DNA from: Verrucomicrobiota bacterium
GTDB taxonomy: Bacteria; Verrucomicrobiota; Verrucomicrobiia; Limisphaerales; AAA164-E04
Assembly (NCBI GenBank): GCA_047947115.1
Contig: CP170459.1
Coordinates: forward strand, 4,192,001 to 4,256,000
Direction of reading: 5' to 3'
Length of the DNA stretch: 64,000 nt
Shown: piece by piece, positions 29,683 to 41,300 of the stretch
Position numbering within the stretch: the first letter of the stretch is position 1
How the letters are laid out: each line of letters opens with the position of its first letter
Notes under the pieces: generated by a model
The model's database searches: none
What the model was told of the DNA's origin: nothing
The model's input: only the letters and a program-made list of their open reading frames with translations
Position numbers and translations under genes: made by a program

Positions 29683-31845
29683 TTACTGTTGTTTACTGCG
29701 CTTTTTGGAGCGTTTTCTGAAGACTTTCTTGTTCTTGGCTTTGGGTCTGCCAGGTTTTGGGAGCAATTTAAAATCGACTTGCTTTTTGTAGGTGTCCACT
29801 TTCGCAACCTGCACGACTATTTGATCTCCCAGTCGTATGATTCGTCTGGTTCGGCGTCCGATGATACGAATTCGATCCGGATCCATTTCGTAAAAATCGT
29901 CCTCAAGAATCGAGAGCGGAACCAAGCCGCTCATCCCTAAATCCGGTACATCGACAAAGAATCCAAAGTTACGAATCTGGGTGACCATGGCAGCGTAAGG
30001 CGAAGGTTTTCCTGATTTCAATTGATGGTTCAGGAACGCAAACAATTTAACATTCTTACTGTCACGCTCTGAGTCTGACGAGTTCCGTTCCGTGACGGAT
30101 AAATGATCAGCAATTTCCTTCAGCACGCTTAATCGTTCCCCTTTCTTTTCGAACAGGGTCCTGTGTACGATCAAATCCGCATACCGCCGTATAGGCGAGG
30201 TAAAATGGGTGTAATTGGCCTTGGCAAGACCGTAATGCCCCAAGGGCTCCACCGAATAACAGGCCCGCATCAACGATTTGAGGAAACCGATCTTAAGTGC
30301 GGGGCCAATGGGCAACTCTCCAAGTCGCTTCAACAGCTGTTGAACCTGTCCGGGTTTTTCCAAGTTTCCGCAAGGTATTCCATGGGCAAGGACTTCTTCA
30401 CGGTAATCCCGCAATCTATCCGAATCAGGCTTTTCATGGATGCGATGAATGGTATGACGGCGCAGACTTTTGAATCGTTGGGCGACGGCTTCATTCGCCA
30501 GCAACATGAATTCTTCGATCAACTGATGCGATTCATCATTATCATGGCGTTCAATATTGCGAACGCGTCCTTTCGCATCGAGTCGGATTTTTGTTTCTGG
30601 AAAATCCAATTCCAACGCACCTGCTTTAAATCGGCGTCGCCTGATTTTCTGCGCCAATCGATGGGCTTCACGCAGCATGTTCTCTACCGATCCCTGCGAT
30701 TTGCTTTGAATGACGGAAAGGGCTTCCCGGTAGGTGAATCGTTTTTTTGAATGAATCACTGCGGAATAGCATTTTGCGTTGAGGACCTTCCCTTCATTAT
30801 CAATACTGAACTCCACACACTTGGTCAAACGATCCACATCTGGTTTGAGAGAGCAAAGTTCATTACTCAAAGCCTCAGGCAGCATTGGAATAACACGATC
30901 CACGAGGTAAGTTGAGTTGCCCCTCTTACGCGCTTCGACATCCAGTGCGGAACCGGGTTTCACGTAGTGGGAAACATCCGCAATGTGAACCCATAGATTC
31001 CAACCGGAAGATGCTTTCTTCAAACAAAATGCATCATCGAAATCCCGGGCATCATCGGGATCAATGGTGATGACATGGTGCCCCCGGCAATCAATCCGTC
31101 CTTTACATTCCGCAGGCGTGACTTCACTCCCGAATTGACGGGCAGCTTGAAGCACTTTGCCAGGAAACTTTAATGGAAGTTCATAATGCCGCAAAACCGA
31201 AAGCATATCGACTCCTTCGGCTGACGGGGATCCCAGCACTTCAATGACCTGACCCTCCGGATTTGTATGACGAGATTCCCATTGCAGCAATTCGACGACC
31301 ACCTTGTCCCCATTCCTGACGGTACACCCGACATCTTTAGGTTGTGGAACGTAGATATCCTGTGGAATGCGTGGATCATCCGGAATGACGTATCTCAAAA
31401 GGTTGCCATGCTTGAACGTACCAACAAAACGAGTACGCCGCCTCTCCAACACACGTACAACGCTTCCAGAATGTTTCTCGCCTGCCGAAAGTTTTCCTCC
31501 CTGAACACGAACATTAAGTCGAATCAGCACACGATCTTCATGCATTGCAGTGGATGTGGAATCCGCTGAGACGGTGATTTCCCCTAACTTGGAGTCATCT
31601 GGAATGAGATATCCACGTCCTTGCAGAGTCATCATGATTCGCCCGGGAACCAAGTCCGCCAGTTTGGGGAGTATGTAACGATTACCCTTGATCCTGGCAA
31701 TCTGCCCCACTCGTTCCAGCGACTTCAGGACATTTTGAAGCCGTTGTTGTTGATTTCGTTCCAAATTCAAAAGCCGGAGCAATTCGGGGACGTTTGAAGG
31801 AATATAATTCGATCGCCCTAATAATTTAATAATTTCATCATTCAT
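29683..31845 (-). CDS. rnr: Ribonuclease R
   Basis: N-terminal HTH/CSD, TIDPDDARDFDDA, EEFMLLANEAVA, HFTSPIRRYADL, S1 domain, basic C-terminal tail. Confidence 0.93.
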   Translation of the reverse strand: MNDEIIKLLGRSNYIPSNVPELLRLLNLERNQQQRLQNVLKSLERVGQIARIKGNRYILPKLADLVPGRIMMTLQGRGYLIPDDSKLGEITVSADSTSTAMHEDRVLIRLNVRVQGGKLSAGEKHSGSVVRVLERRRTRFVGTFKHGNLLRYVIPDDPRIPQDIYVPQPKDVGCTVRNGDKVVVELLQWESRHTNPEGQVIEVLGSPSAEGVDMLSVLRHYELPLKFPGKVLQAARQFGSEVTPAECKGRIDCRGHHVITIDPDDARDFDDAFCLKKASSGWNLWVHIADVSHYVKPGSALDVEARKRGNSTYLVDRVIPMLPEALSNELCSLKPDVDRLTKCVEFSIDNEGKVLNAKCYSAVIHSKKRFTYREALSVIQSKSQGSVENMLREAHRLAQKIRRRRFKAGALELDFPETKIRLDAKGRVRNIERHDNDESHQLIEEFMLLANEAVAQRFKSLRRHTIHRIHEKPDSDRLRDYREEVLAHGIPCGNLEKPGQVQQLLKRLGELPIGPALKIGFLKSLMRACYSVEPLGHYGLAKANYTHFTSPIRRYADLIVHRTLFEKKGERLSVLKEIADHLSVTERNSSDSERDSKNVKLFAFLNHQLKSGKPSPYAAMVTQIRNFGFFVDVPDLGMSGLVPLSILEDDFYEMDPDRIRIIGRRTRRIIRLGDQIVVQVAKVDTYKKQVDFKLLPKPGRPKAKNKKVFRKRSKKRSKQQ

Positions 31846-32062
31846 AAGTCTACATGGAAGCCATTAACAACGACCCTGGTTAACAGATTACCGAAACGAT
31901 AAGGCTATTGACATCAGGATTTGACGAAATGTCAAAAGACTCTTCGTAACGACGTATTCTTGATTGCTTGAAATTACGGGTTCCGCATCCAGCGAAAACG
32001 CGCAAACGATATCCGCTGTTCCAGTGCAACCGCTTTTTGAAAGCGCGGCCTCTCAATCCTTA

Positions 32063-32560
32063 TTATTTCTTACCGTTCCCGGTGTTTCCCGGATCTCCAG
32101 GGGAGGTGCCTGGCCCGTCTTTGATGGGGTTCGCCGGGGGGATGGGGATCTTCGCCGTTGCCGACTCCATTGTTGCCTTTGCCGACGGTTCACTGATGGC
32201 TGTTGGAATCCCAATCAGTGACGGTGGATTCTGTGTCAGGCACGACGCCTGTCACGGTGGCGGTGTTGGAGTAGAGTCCGTCGGTCACTTTGTAGTCCAC
32301 CACTCCTATCGAGATATAGATCCAGATTTCTCCAGTGTCCAGGATGGCGTCGCCATTGGTATCGCCGGTAACGCAGACGGGTTGAAAATCTTCCGTTGGA
32401 TCCTCCGGTGTTCGGGCATCATCCACGACATTAACCACTTCCTGAAGCCAATACCGAAATCAGGTCGGGATCCGTTGTGGCCGCAAAAGATTTCACCCCA
32501 CCAGTTGCATCCGTGATCGGCTCCTGAATCAGGTTCGGTTCCGATGGACAAGATGAAGGT
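32063..32560 (-). pseudogene. C-terminal fragment of a large secreted repeat protein/adhesin
   Basis: GDTNGDAILDTGEIWIY...YSNTATVTG repeat, then TGA at 32190-32192. This is followed by KGNNGVGNGEDPHPPG, a frameshift, and PIKDGPGTSPGDPGNTGNGKK*. Confidence 0.65.
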
Positions 32561-32771
32561 TTTTTTCGAGCCGATCCTTGCCTTTCATTACAAATTGAGA
32601 CTCGATCCACAAAGCCGTGGGCGCCCCGCCTTCTGGCCGCACTGACCGGCCTGACCGGCGATCCCCGCTCCCCTCATTCGCAGATGATTTCATGGGTGAT
32701 CAGCGGGCGGATGGAGTCTGGAGAGTTTAGTATTCGATCAGTTGGTCCAATGAATAATGCTGAGCATAAGC

Positions 32772-33587
32772 TCAAAACTTCCAGGAAATCCCGGAGAATA
32801 CAGTCAAATCTTCCGCGTCATCATTCAACCCCACGAGTGACCCAGCATCCAGTTGCGCGGCATCACTCAAAGCATAGGTGATTCCGCTGCTGAAGTGCGC
32901 ACCATAACTGTCGTCACTGCTCACTCCTAAGTATTCGAGATATATACCGATGCGAACCGTCAAATCCAGACCAATGACAGTCGTATGCGACACTTCCCAA
33001 TCCCATTTTCCAGTGGCGCTGTCAAAGATGCGTTGAATTTCCACCTGAGCACCCAGACTCCATTTTTTCCCTGCCCACCAGGCAAACGGAGTCACCATCC
33101 CCCCTTCCCATTCATCATTGCCCAGACGGGATGAAGTCGGAACTTTGACGATGGGCATCAGACCGAAAGCCGTTTCACCTTCATCATTTCCCCAAAGATT
33201 GTATTTCAATCGAAAGACCAGATCACTTGCATCTCTCACGCTTGTCTTTCCACCCGCCGATTTTGTGGTTTCATGCAGGTAAGGTGTCCAGACCATCTGC
33301 AAATCCATCTCATCGGTAAGCCCGTACTTCAAATTGCTTTCCGCAATGCTCAGCACTTCGGTTTGCGTACCTCCGGAATCATCTCTGGACCAACCAAAAA
33401 AGGAAGATTCCAGCTGAAAATGTCCTTTATCCACCGTCACAGGACTTTCGGTTGCATCAGGCCGATCGGTTTCCAGTTCACGCAACGATTGCCCGGTTAA
33501 CACCAAACTACAGAGCATCATCGCAAGGATTCCCGAAAAGCTTCGAATTGATTTTGCGGATCGCGCAAATGATTTGGTCAGCTTCAT
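32772..33587 (-). CDS. Outer-membrane beta-barrel transporter (MetA-pathway of phenol degradation/SphA-like family)
   Basis: Signal peptide, TDRPDATESPVTVDKGHFQLE, alternating beta-strands, C-terminal Phe (GISWKF). Confidence 0.82.
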   Translation of the reverse strand: MKLTKSFARSAKSIRSFSGILAMMLCSLVLTGQSLRELETDRPDATESPVTVDKGHFQLESSFFGWSRDDSGGTQTEVLSIAESNLKYGLTDEMDLQMVWTPYLHETTKSAGGKTSVRDASDLVFRLKYNLWGNDEGETAFGLMPIVKVPTSSRLGNDEWEGGMVTPFAWWAGKKWSLGAQVEIQRIFDSATGKWDWEVSHTTVIGLDLTVRIGIYLEYLGVSSDDSYGAHFSSGITYALSDAAQLDAGSLVGLNDDAEDLTVFSGISWKF

Positions 33588-33830
33588 GTTGTTTATTATT
33601 TAAAACATTATTAGCCTTATCTAACTTTTGTGAGACCAGAGTAAGCATGCCAATCAATCGGTCAATCATAATTGAAAGTTTATCTGGAAAAAACAAAATG
33701 ACATTGCCGCATCGATGCAGGTTATTCCAAGGTGTCACCACCTTGGGGCGATTTACGGGATGGATGCAGTTAAAATATCATTGGCAATTCGCTGTTTTTG
33801 ATGCCATGTTTCACGAGCATCATCAGTAAT

Positions 33831-36290
33831 ATGAACACACGTAAGTCCTTAAACGTATTGTTAACCACTTGCCTGCTGTTATCGACCCCAGGCCTCGACA
33901 CAAATGCAGATGAGTTAAGACTCAAATGGAACCTGCCGCCTGGAAGTAAGGATTTTCTAGCCACAGACAATGCACAAAGAGGCGCGGCATACAACCCGGC
34001 ATCCGACAACGTGCTAGTGGTGAGTCGAACCGGAGAAACCACCGTATATGTTCTTTCCGGTGCGGATGGTTCGGAACTCTATACGCTGGACAATGATCCC
34101 TCGATCATCAAAGCCGGAACCTTTACGCTGAACTTGGTGGGCGTTGCCGATGATGGAGTGGTATACGCCGGTAATCTCAGCACCAGTGCCGCAAACCCAA
34201 ATTACAAACTCTACCGATGGGAGGATGACAGTTTCAACGCATTCCCCATTGTGGCATTCGGAGATGATGAAGGAGGCGATCCGGGATTGAGTATACCCGA
34301 TGCCGACAATGCCCAGCGCTGGGGGGATTCAATGGATGTCCGGGGCAGTGGTCGTGACACACAAATACTGCTGGCATCGCGTTCGGGCACTCAAGCATCG
34401 ATCCTGACCACTACTGACGGAGAAACTTTCACCCCCAACGCTATCCTGATCGAAGGCATCCCGGCCGGCGGCATCGGATTAGGTGTCGCTTTCGGAAAAG
34501 GGAACACCTTTTATGGATCGACCGTAAACGGACCCGTTTACCTGATTGAATATGATTTAATCACCGGAACAGGCAGTGTCATTGGCACTTACCCCAACAC
34601 CATTGTATCTGGAGGAACGGCTCCGTTGGGATCGGATCCCGGCTCCGATTACCTTGCCGGACTGAACGTGGGAACGCATCAGGTCACCCTGTACAACATC
34701 AGTGATGCGCCCGATGCGCCGGTATTTCAAGCCGCGTATTTGATGCCCGTCTCAAATGCCAACGCCAACGGAACCGGCGCTGTGGATGTGGCAAATCAGG
34801 TGTTGATTTCGCTGGACACAAATAATGGTCTCTCAGTGTGGGAAATTGTTGCATCCGACGAACGACTTGCTCCGGAGATCGTTACCCCCCCTTTCAGTCA
34901 ATCTATATTGGAAACCGCAAGCGTTACTTTTTCCGTCGCGGTGACAGGTACACCACCTTTCAACTACCAATGGTTCAAGGACGGCCAGGCAATCGCTGGC
35001 GCCAATCAATCCACTTTGGAATTCAGCAAAGCCGCCCCGAACGACGCTGGTTTCTACCATGTTGAAATCAGCAACGAGACAGGCAGAGCCACCAGCGACG
35101 AGGTGGAATTCGTCGTAAACCCCCTGATCGATTCATCCAAGGTAAAGGAACTATGGTCATTGGAGCCTGGATCACGCTCTTATCTGACGACAGATAATAC
35201 ACAACGCGGCATGACCTTCAACCCTGCCACCGGCAACATCATCATTGCCAGCCGGTCCGGCGGCAATCATATGGTGGTGTTGAACGGAGAAACCGGTGAA
35301 GAACTGCATGAGATGGATACCGATTCAAGCATCCTGGTACAGGGGCTTTTCAAACTCAACATGATCGCTTCCAGTGATGATGGAGCGGTTTTTGCAGGCA
35401 ATCTGACCTTGAACGGCAGCGACACCAACACCCCTTACGCACTCTATATCTGGACAAACGACAGTGCCGATGCCGTTCCGGAAATAGCGTTCGAAGGAGA
35501 TCCGGGTGACGGGATTGCTGAACGTTGGGGAGATTCCATCGATGCGCGCGGCAGCGGCAATGAGCGACAGGTGATGATCGGCTCCCGCTCCGGTTCAAAA
35601 GCCGTGGTGTTCACGACTCAGGATGGAATCCTATTCGAGCCGCACCTATTGGAAGGCACTCAGGGAGGGATTGGACTGGCCTTTGGCAAGGGAGACACCT
35701 TTTGGACAAAAGCACCGGGGGGATCATTGAACCACTATTTCTTTGACCTCTCCAGCAACACAGCCACCTTGCTCCATCAATATCAAGCGCCGGGGGAAAT
35801 GCCGGCTGCCATGGTACCGATCGGATTTTCTCCCGAAACCGGATTGTTGGCTGGCATCGAAATAGCTACACCAGACAATCTGAAGATCTATGACCTTTCG
35901 AATCCGGATCAAGCTCCCGCACTGATCATCGAAAAACTCTTCCCAACCGACAACGCAAACGGCAACAACGTGGGAGCCGTTTCCTTTGGGCCAAACCGTC
36001 TCTTTGCATTGAACACCAACAATGGATTGCTGGCCTTTGAACTGAATCTGAATGCGGTGGATGCCCAGCCAGCCAAACTAACCCAAATAACGTTGATGCC
36101 GAATACGGGAATCACAATCCAATACGAAGGCACCCCAAACACAGAATACGTCCTGGAGGCGAGCAGTGACTTTCTTTCCTGGACCACGGTTCAGACATTC
36201 AACACCAATGAAACGGGAAATGGCATCGTCGCTGAAAACGATGCAAGGACTCAACACGACACACGTTTTTACCGAATCATCTTACCCTGA
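33831..36290 (+). CDS. Secreted protein: two DUF4623-like propeller repeats, central Ig domain, C-terminal FYR domain
   Basis: Duplicated QRGxxxNPA..SR / RWGDSxDxRGSG / LxTNNGL. Ig motif GTPPFNYQWFKDG...DAGFY. Ends RFYRIILP. Confidence 0.75.
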   Translation: MNTRKSLNVLLTTCLLLSTPGLDTNADELRLKWNLPPGSKDFLATDNAQRGAAYNPASDNVLVVSRTGETTVYVLSGADGSELYTLDNDPSIIKAGTFTLNLVGVADDGVVYAGNLSTSAANPNYKLYRWEDDSFNAFPIVAFGDDEGGDPGLSIPDADNAQRWGDSMDVRGSGRDTQILLASRSGTQASILTTTDGETFTPNAILIEGIPAGGIGLGVAFGKGNTFYGSTVNGPVYLIEYDLITGTGSVIGTYPNTIVSGGTAPLGSDPGSDYLAGLNVGTHQVTLYNISDAPDAPVFQAAYLMPVSNANANGTGAVDVANQVLISLDTNNGLSVWEIVASDERLAPEIVTPPFSQSILETASVTFSVAVTGTPPFNYQWFKDGQAIAGANQSTLEFSKAAPNDAGFYHVEISNETGRATSDEVEFVVNPLIDSSKVKELWSLEPGSRSYLTTDNTQRGMTFNPATGNIIIASRSGGNHMVVLNGETGEELHEMDTDSSILVQGLFKLNMIASSDDGAVFAGNLTLNGSDTNTPYALYIWTNDSADAVPEIAFEGDPGDGIAERWGDSIDARGSGNERQVMIGSRSGSKAVVFTTQDGILFEPHLLEGTQGGIGLAFGKGDTFWTKAPGGSLNHYFFDLSSNTATLLHQYQAPGEMPAAMVPIGFSPETGLLAGIEIATPDNLKIYDLSNPDQAPALIIEKLFPTDNANGNNVGAVSFGPNRLFALNTNNGLLAFELNLNAVDAQPAKLTQITLMPNTGITIQYEGTPNTEYVLEASSDFLSWTTVQTFNTNETGNGIVAENDARTQHDTRFYRIILP

Positions 36291-36335
36291 ATACACGAAC
36301 GCATTCATTCTAGGGAGGATGATGCCCAAAGCCCC

Positions 36336-37163
36336 TCACATCAAAGAGGGGTCCACCTCCTGGGCACCCCATAGTTGACGCCCTTCCATGCCTCCGGAAA
36401 CCACTACCCTTTCTCCTGTGATGTGACCGGCAAGACGGTCGGAAGCAAGAAAGACCACCATATTGGCAATATCATCGGGACGGGCCACCTTGGGCAGAGA
36501 AAGAGTAGCAGCGACTTTACGGGCCGTCTCCTCATCCATCAACTTTGAAGCGGTTCGTGGGACCACGGTCCACCCGGGACAAACACAATTGATGCGTCCT
36601 CCGCAATAATCCTGAGTATGCGGAGCCAGGCGCCCCAATTCGTTTTTAATTGTTGAGGTCAGACCGTAAGCCAACGCCGATTTGGCAGCCGCATAATCCG
36701 CGTGCCCAGCCTCGCCAAATACCGCGGCGGTGGAAGCGATCAACACCGCATTTCCGCGTTGGGTCTGTTCGACGTGTTGCAGGAAGGCGCGCAAACTGAG
36801 AAACACCCCCGTCAACAAGTTATCCAATGTAGCCTGCCACTGTGCCAGAGACATTTGATGCATCGGCACATCCCGCAATTCCCACGCACCGGCATTTGCT
36901 ACCAATGTATCGATTCGACCAAAATGCTTCAGGGCCCGTTGAAAAAGCGCTTCGGTCTCATCTTCCCTGCTTAAATCCGCTTGCAGGGTCAGGCATTCAA
37001 CATCGCCCAGTTCCTGCTTCAATTGTTCAACGGCAGTTCGATTGGAGCGATAATGCAATATCACATGGGTCCCTTCGGCGGCAAAGGCTCGTGCAATTCC
37101 GGATCCAATCCCGCCCGAAGCTCCAGTCACCAAAACGACTTTGTTTTTTAATCCGCTGTTCAT
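36336..37163 (-). CDS. SDR-family oxidoreductase
   Basis: VTGASGGIG, ANAG, YAAAK, NCVCPG. Confidence 0.92.
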   Translation of the reverse strand: MNSGLKNKVVLVTGASGGIGSGIARAFAAEGTHVILHYRSNRTAVEQLKQELGDVECLTLQADLSREDETEALFQRALKHFGRIDTLVANAGAWELRDVPMHQMSLAQWQATLDNLLTGVFLSLRAFLQHVEQTQRGNAVLIASTAAVFGEAGHADYAAAKSALAYGLTSTIKNELGRLAPHTQDYCGGRINCVCPGWTVVPRTASKLMDEETARKVAATLSLPKVARPDDIANMVVFLASDRLAGHITGERVVVSGGMEGRQLWGAQEVDPSLM

Positions 37164-37217
37164 GAATGCCACAAAAGGGTTCTTACCATGCAACCGGCTG
37201 ACTCGGCATCCATCGGA

Positions 37218-38057
37218 CTACCGAATGAGGTTCGAATCCCTCAACCATTCCACGGCAGCATCAGGCCAAGCGCGCGCTTCACCTTCAGAATGCAAACCGT
37301 AGCCATGACCTCCGGTGGCGTATAGCTTAAATGCATGGTGTTTTCCGGCTTTTATTAAAGCTCTGGAATAAATCTTACTGCCGACCACGTGTGTCTTGTC
37401 ATCCTCACTGTGAATGATCAGTGTTGGAGGAATGTCTGCTTCAAGATCGAGATCTGTGGAAACGCCCCCTTGTTTATCGTTCAGGTAGGCAGGATAAACA
37501 AGCATGACAAAATCAGGACGACAGCTGATATCATCGATTTGATCCAACGACGCGTAAGCCGGCTGTGCAAAATGATGGCTTGACCTGGCAGCAACATGTC
37601 CCCCCGCGGAAAATCCGATCACCCCGATTCTCTCCGGATCTCCCCCCCATTGCGAAGCATTGGCGCGCGCGATCCGAATGGCGCGTTGGACATCCTGAAG
37701 CGCACCATCTCTGTTATTGGGGGTGCGATATTTTAAAACCAATGCCATGATTCCAGCCTGATTGAATCGCTTTGCAATCTGTGAGCCTTCCTTGTCAACA
37801 ACCGTATAACGGTAACCACCTCCTGGACAAACAATCAAAACAGGAGCAGGATTTTCCGGGTCCAGTTTAGTTTGAAACAAAGTCAAGGTGGGACGACTCA
37901 CATTGGTGATGCGCTGGAATCCATCATCACGCTTCACTTCTGATTCAGGTTCATTGGCGACCTCTCCTGGCACTTGCCCTTTGGGCCAAACATCCAGGAC
38001 AAGTTCGTCGGCACACAATGACAAAGATGCCATCATCATTAGAAAGAATCGAATCAT
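37218..38057 (-). CDS. Secreted alpha/beta hydrolase (acetyl/xylan esterase-like)
   Basis: CPGGGY, GFSAGG nucleophile elbow, RPDF, GGHGYG. Confidence 0.88.
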   Translation of the reverse strand: MIRFFLMMMASLSLCADELVLDVWPKGQVPGEVANEPESEVKRDDGFQRITNVSRPTLTLFQTKLDPENPAPVLIVCPGGGYRYTVVDKEGSQIAKRFNQAGIMALVLKYRTPNNRDGALQDVQRAIRIARANASQWGGDPERIGVIGFSAGGHVAARSSHHFAQPAYASLDQIDDISCRPDFVMLVYPAYLNDKQGGVSTDLDLEADIPPTLIIHSEDDKTHVVGSKIYSRALIKAGKHHAFKLYATGGHGYGLHSEGEARAWPDAAVEWLRDSNLIR

Positions 38058-38178
38058 ACCTCATGATATCCAGGCCCGGACAAAGATTTCAAGTCGGCCA
38101 GGTGCTTTTGTGACGCAGAAGTTTTTCTGAAATGACTTGTGGCAAACGCCATAGTCCAATCAGTTCATCCCGACCAAT

Positions 38179-38233
38179 AAAAGAAAACGGGCCCTGCGGC
38201 GACACACGGTAAGCAACGCCAACAAGACCCGTT
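38179..38233 (-). terminator. Probable intrinsic terminator of the pilin/lipoprotein/1365-aa operon
   Basis: Minus-strand stem AACGGGTCTTG...CAGGGCCCGTT followed by TTCTTTT. Confidence 0.55.
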
Positions 38234-38361
38234 CCAAGCTGTTCCGCCACTCGGCGGTGCTTTGTTAATTTGACTCAAGCAAAGCGCCAGGTAGCTCTGC
38301 GTGTGAAGCTTCACTAGCTGGCGTTGAGATATCGTGTCTGGCAATCAACACTTTCGTGCAA

Positions 38362-41300
38362 CTATCGAGACCTGAAGTAGGCCTGGCCTTGATCGGCTGG
38401 CACAGTGTAAGGACTGGTCGCACTGTCAACAGGTGTCCAGGGACCACTGATCGATCCGGCTGTTTCCAACACGGAACCTTCATAGGTAATGGTCACTTGT
38501 CCCCCATCGGCTGCAATCGAGATGGAACTGGGGATGGCTTCGTGCACGATCAAATTATCGATCGCCCACCACCAGTCGTTACCTGCGTCGAAGTAACCAA
38601 AGGTCAAGGTTACGTTTTTCGCACCGGCTGGATTATCCAACGATAGAATCACATTTTCATTCGGGGTATGATCCTTGAAGTTGGGGCTGTCGGAATTCGA
38701 TTCCCACAACATGACTTGCACAGGATCAGCGCCATCATAAGAAGCCATGATATTGGCAGTCTGGTGATAGTTGCTGTCATACTCAGGACGCCAGGAAGAA
38801 TCAAACTGCAATTGCAAGGCACCGGCAGTTGCGCCGGTTATGTTCACATCCCAGGAAAGGAAGGTGTTGACATAACCTTCAGCGTGAGGCTGATCATCCC
38901 ATTCGTCACCATCAGCAATGGCAACGGTTCCGACACCATTTACGAACTCACTGCGACGTTGATCACCCGCAGTTTGAACCCACCAGTCTTTGTTGGCGAA
39001 ACTCCAACCAGCCCATTCGGTCACACCGTCCGTGTCGTCATTGCCAACACCAGCCACACCGGAATCATCGATGGACATGTTGTAAGGAGTTGATTTGGTC
39101 CAAACATCATCAGCGGCGACTTCTTCATTCACGCTGCTGCCCAGGGTCAGGCGTTCGAAGTTTTCGAAACCATACACACCTGGCTCAAGAACGTGTTGGT
39201 AGGCACCTTCTTCGATTCGGACGTTATCAATTGCCCACCACCAGTCGTTGCCGGCATCGAAGTAACCGAAGGTCACCACCATGCTCTTGGCTCCTTCAGG
39301 ATTGCCAAGAGGAACCATCACGCTGTCGTTGGTTGCATTGGGTTTGTAGTAAGGGCTGTCTTCATTGGATTCCCAAAGCATCACTTGAACAGGTTCGCCA
39401 CCATCATAGGAAACGGTCACGTTCGCGGTCTGATGATAGTTACTGTCATATTCAGGACGCCAGGAGGAGTCGAAGTACAGGGCCAATGAACGGGCTGAGG
39501 CGGAAGAAACATCCACGGTCCAGCTCATGAAGGTATCCATGAAACCTTCGGCGTGAGGTTGATCATCCCATTCGTCACCATCAGCGATGGCAATTGTTCC
39601 GGAAGCTTTGGTGAATTCGCTGCGACGTTGGTCACCGGCGGTTTGAGCCCACCAGTCTTTGTCTGCGAAACTCCATCCGGCCCACTCGGTCACACCGTCG
39701 GTGGCGTCATTGCCCACACCGGGAACACCTGAATCATCGATGCTCCAACCTTCAGGAGCAGTCTTGGTCCAAACGTTGTCGGCAGCCACTTCTTCGTTCA
39801 CACTGGAACCAAGGGTTAATCCCTCGAAATCCTGTGAAGCGAATGAAGGCGCTTGCGGCAAAACACCATAAACTTCGATGTTATCAATGGCCCACCACCA
39901 GTTGTTTCCGGCGTCATAATAACGGAACGACAAGCTCATCGTGCTGGCTCCGGCCGGAGCGTCGATGGCGATGGTCACCGTGTCGTTCGGAGCATGGTCC
40001 TTGTAGTTAGGATCGTTGGATTCGGAACGGAACTCAGCGATCTGCACAGGCTCAGCTCCATCAAAGGAGGCCTCGATCAGACCAGTTTGGATCACTTCAG
40101 GTCTCCAACTGCTGTTGAAGCGAAGAACCAGTGTTCCCTGTTCCACCTCAGCGATGGAAATGGCAGGAGTGATGATTTTGGTGTCCATGGTTCCGAGTCC
40201 GGATGGGCTCCCTTTGTCGTCCCATTCGTCACCGTCGGCGATGGCCACGGTTCCGGTTCCCTTGGTGAATTCGGTCCGGCGTTGATCACCTGCGGTGTTA
40301 GCCCACCATTCACGATTGGCAAAAGTCCAGCCTTCCCATTCACGAACACCGACTTCGTCGTCGTCCAGACCTGGCAGATCATTCACACGATCCCAGCCGC
40401 TGGGCAGTGTGTCGGTCCATACTTCATCGCCAGCAACGCCTTCATCAACGTTGGCGCCGAGGGGCAAGCCTTCGAAACCTTCGAAGAAGATCAAAGAACC
40501 AGGGATAGCTTCTTTCACCTCCAGCAAAGCGCTGGAGGATTCAGGAGTAGAACCACCAGCATTGCTCACCACAACACTGTAATTTCCTACATTGGCAGCT
40601 TTGGCATTTGAAATGGTCAAAGTGTCAGTGTTTTCATTGGATGATGATGTGGCAATGGATTCGCCCTTGAAGAACCATTCATAAGTGAAGGGGCCGGAAC
40701 CATCAACGGTCACAGAGAAGGTCGCTTCAGAACCTTCGGTGACTTCAGTAGGAGCAGGAGAGCTCACCAAAGTAGGAGGTGCGGCGCCTGCATTCAAAAC
40801 CAAGTTATCAATGGCCCACCACCAGTCATTACCGGCGTCAAACATGCCGAACTTCAAGGAAACGGAATCGACACCAGCAGGATTATCGAGCTGTATGATG
40901 ATTGTTTCGTTCGGAGCATGATCGTGGTAGTTCGGACTGGCTGGATCAGAGACCCAGCGGAGGATTTCAACGGAATCTCCGTTGCTGTAGGTGGCAACAA
41001 TGTTACCGCTCTGACGATAATTGCTGTCAAACTCGGGTCGCCAGCTGGAAGCGAATTGGATGTAAGCAGATCTGGGAGCAACACCAGCAAGGGAAATTTC
41101 AGGTGTTGTCACGTATGTTTCATACCATCCGTTTTCTGCGGAATCAGCGTGAGGTTGATCATCCCATTCGTCGGGATCAGCCACCATGACTGTTCCGGTA
41201 GCAAGAACGAATTCACTGCGGCGCTGATCGCCAGCAGCCTCTATCCACCAATCTTTATCAGCAAAACTCCAACCCGCCCATTCGGTCACACCATCGGTTT

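Noticed and set aside
31968..32516. 182-aa plus-strand ORF
   Set aside because: Shadow of the minus-strand adhesin pseudogene, which carries the recognisable motifs.
24854..32700. Integrase gene and attR duplicate of the tRNA 3' end
   Set aside because: No tyrosine or serine recombinase ORF and no convincing repeat of TTCGACTCCCCATGGCTCCA found by eye, so the island limits are approximate.
33660..33690. Fur/Zur-like box in the divergent promoter
   Set aside because: Only a partial AT-rich resemblance, with no clear palindrome.
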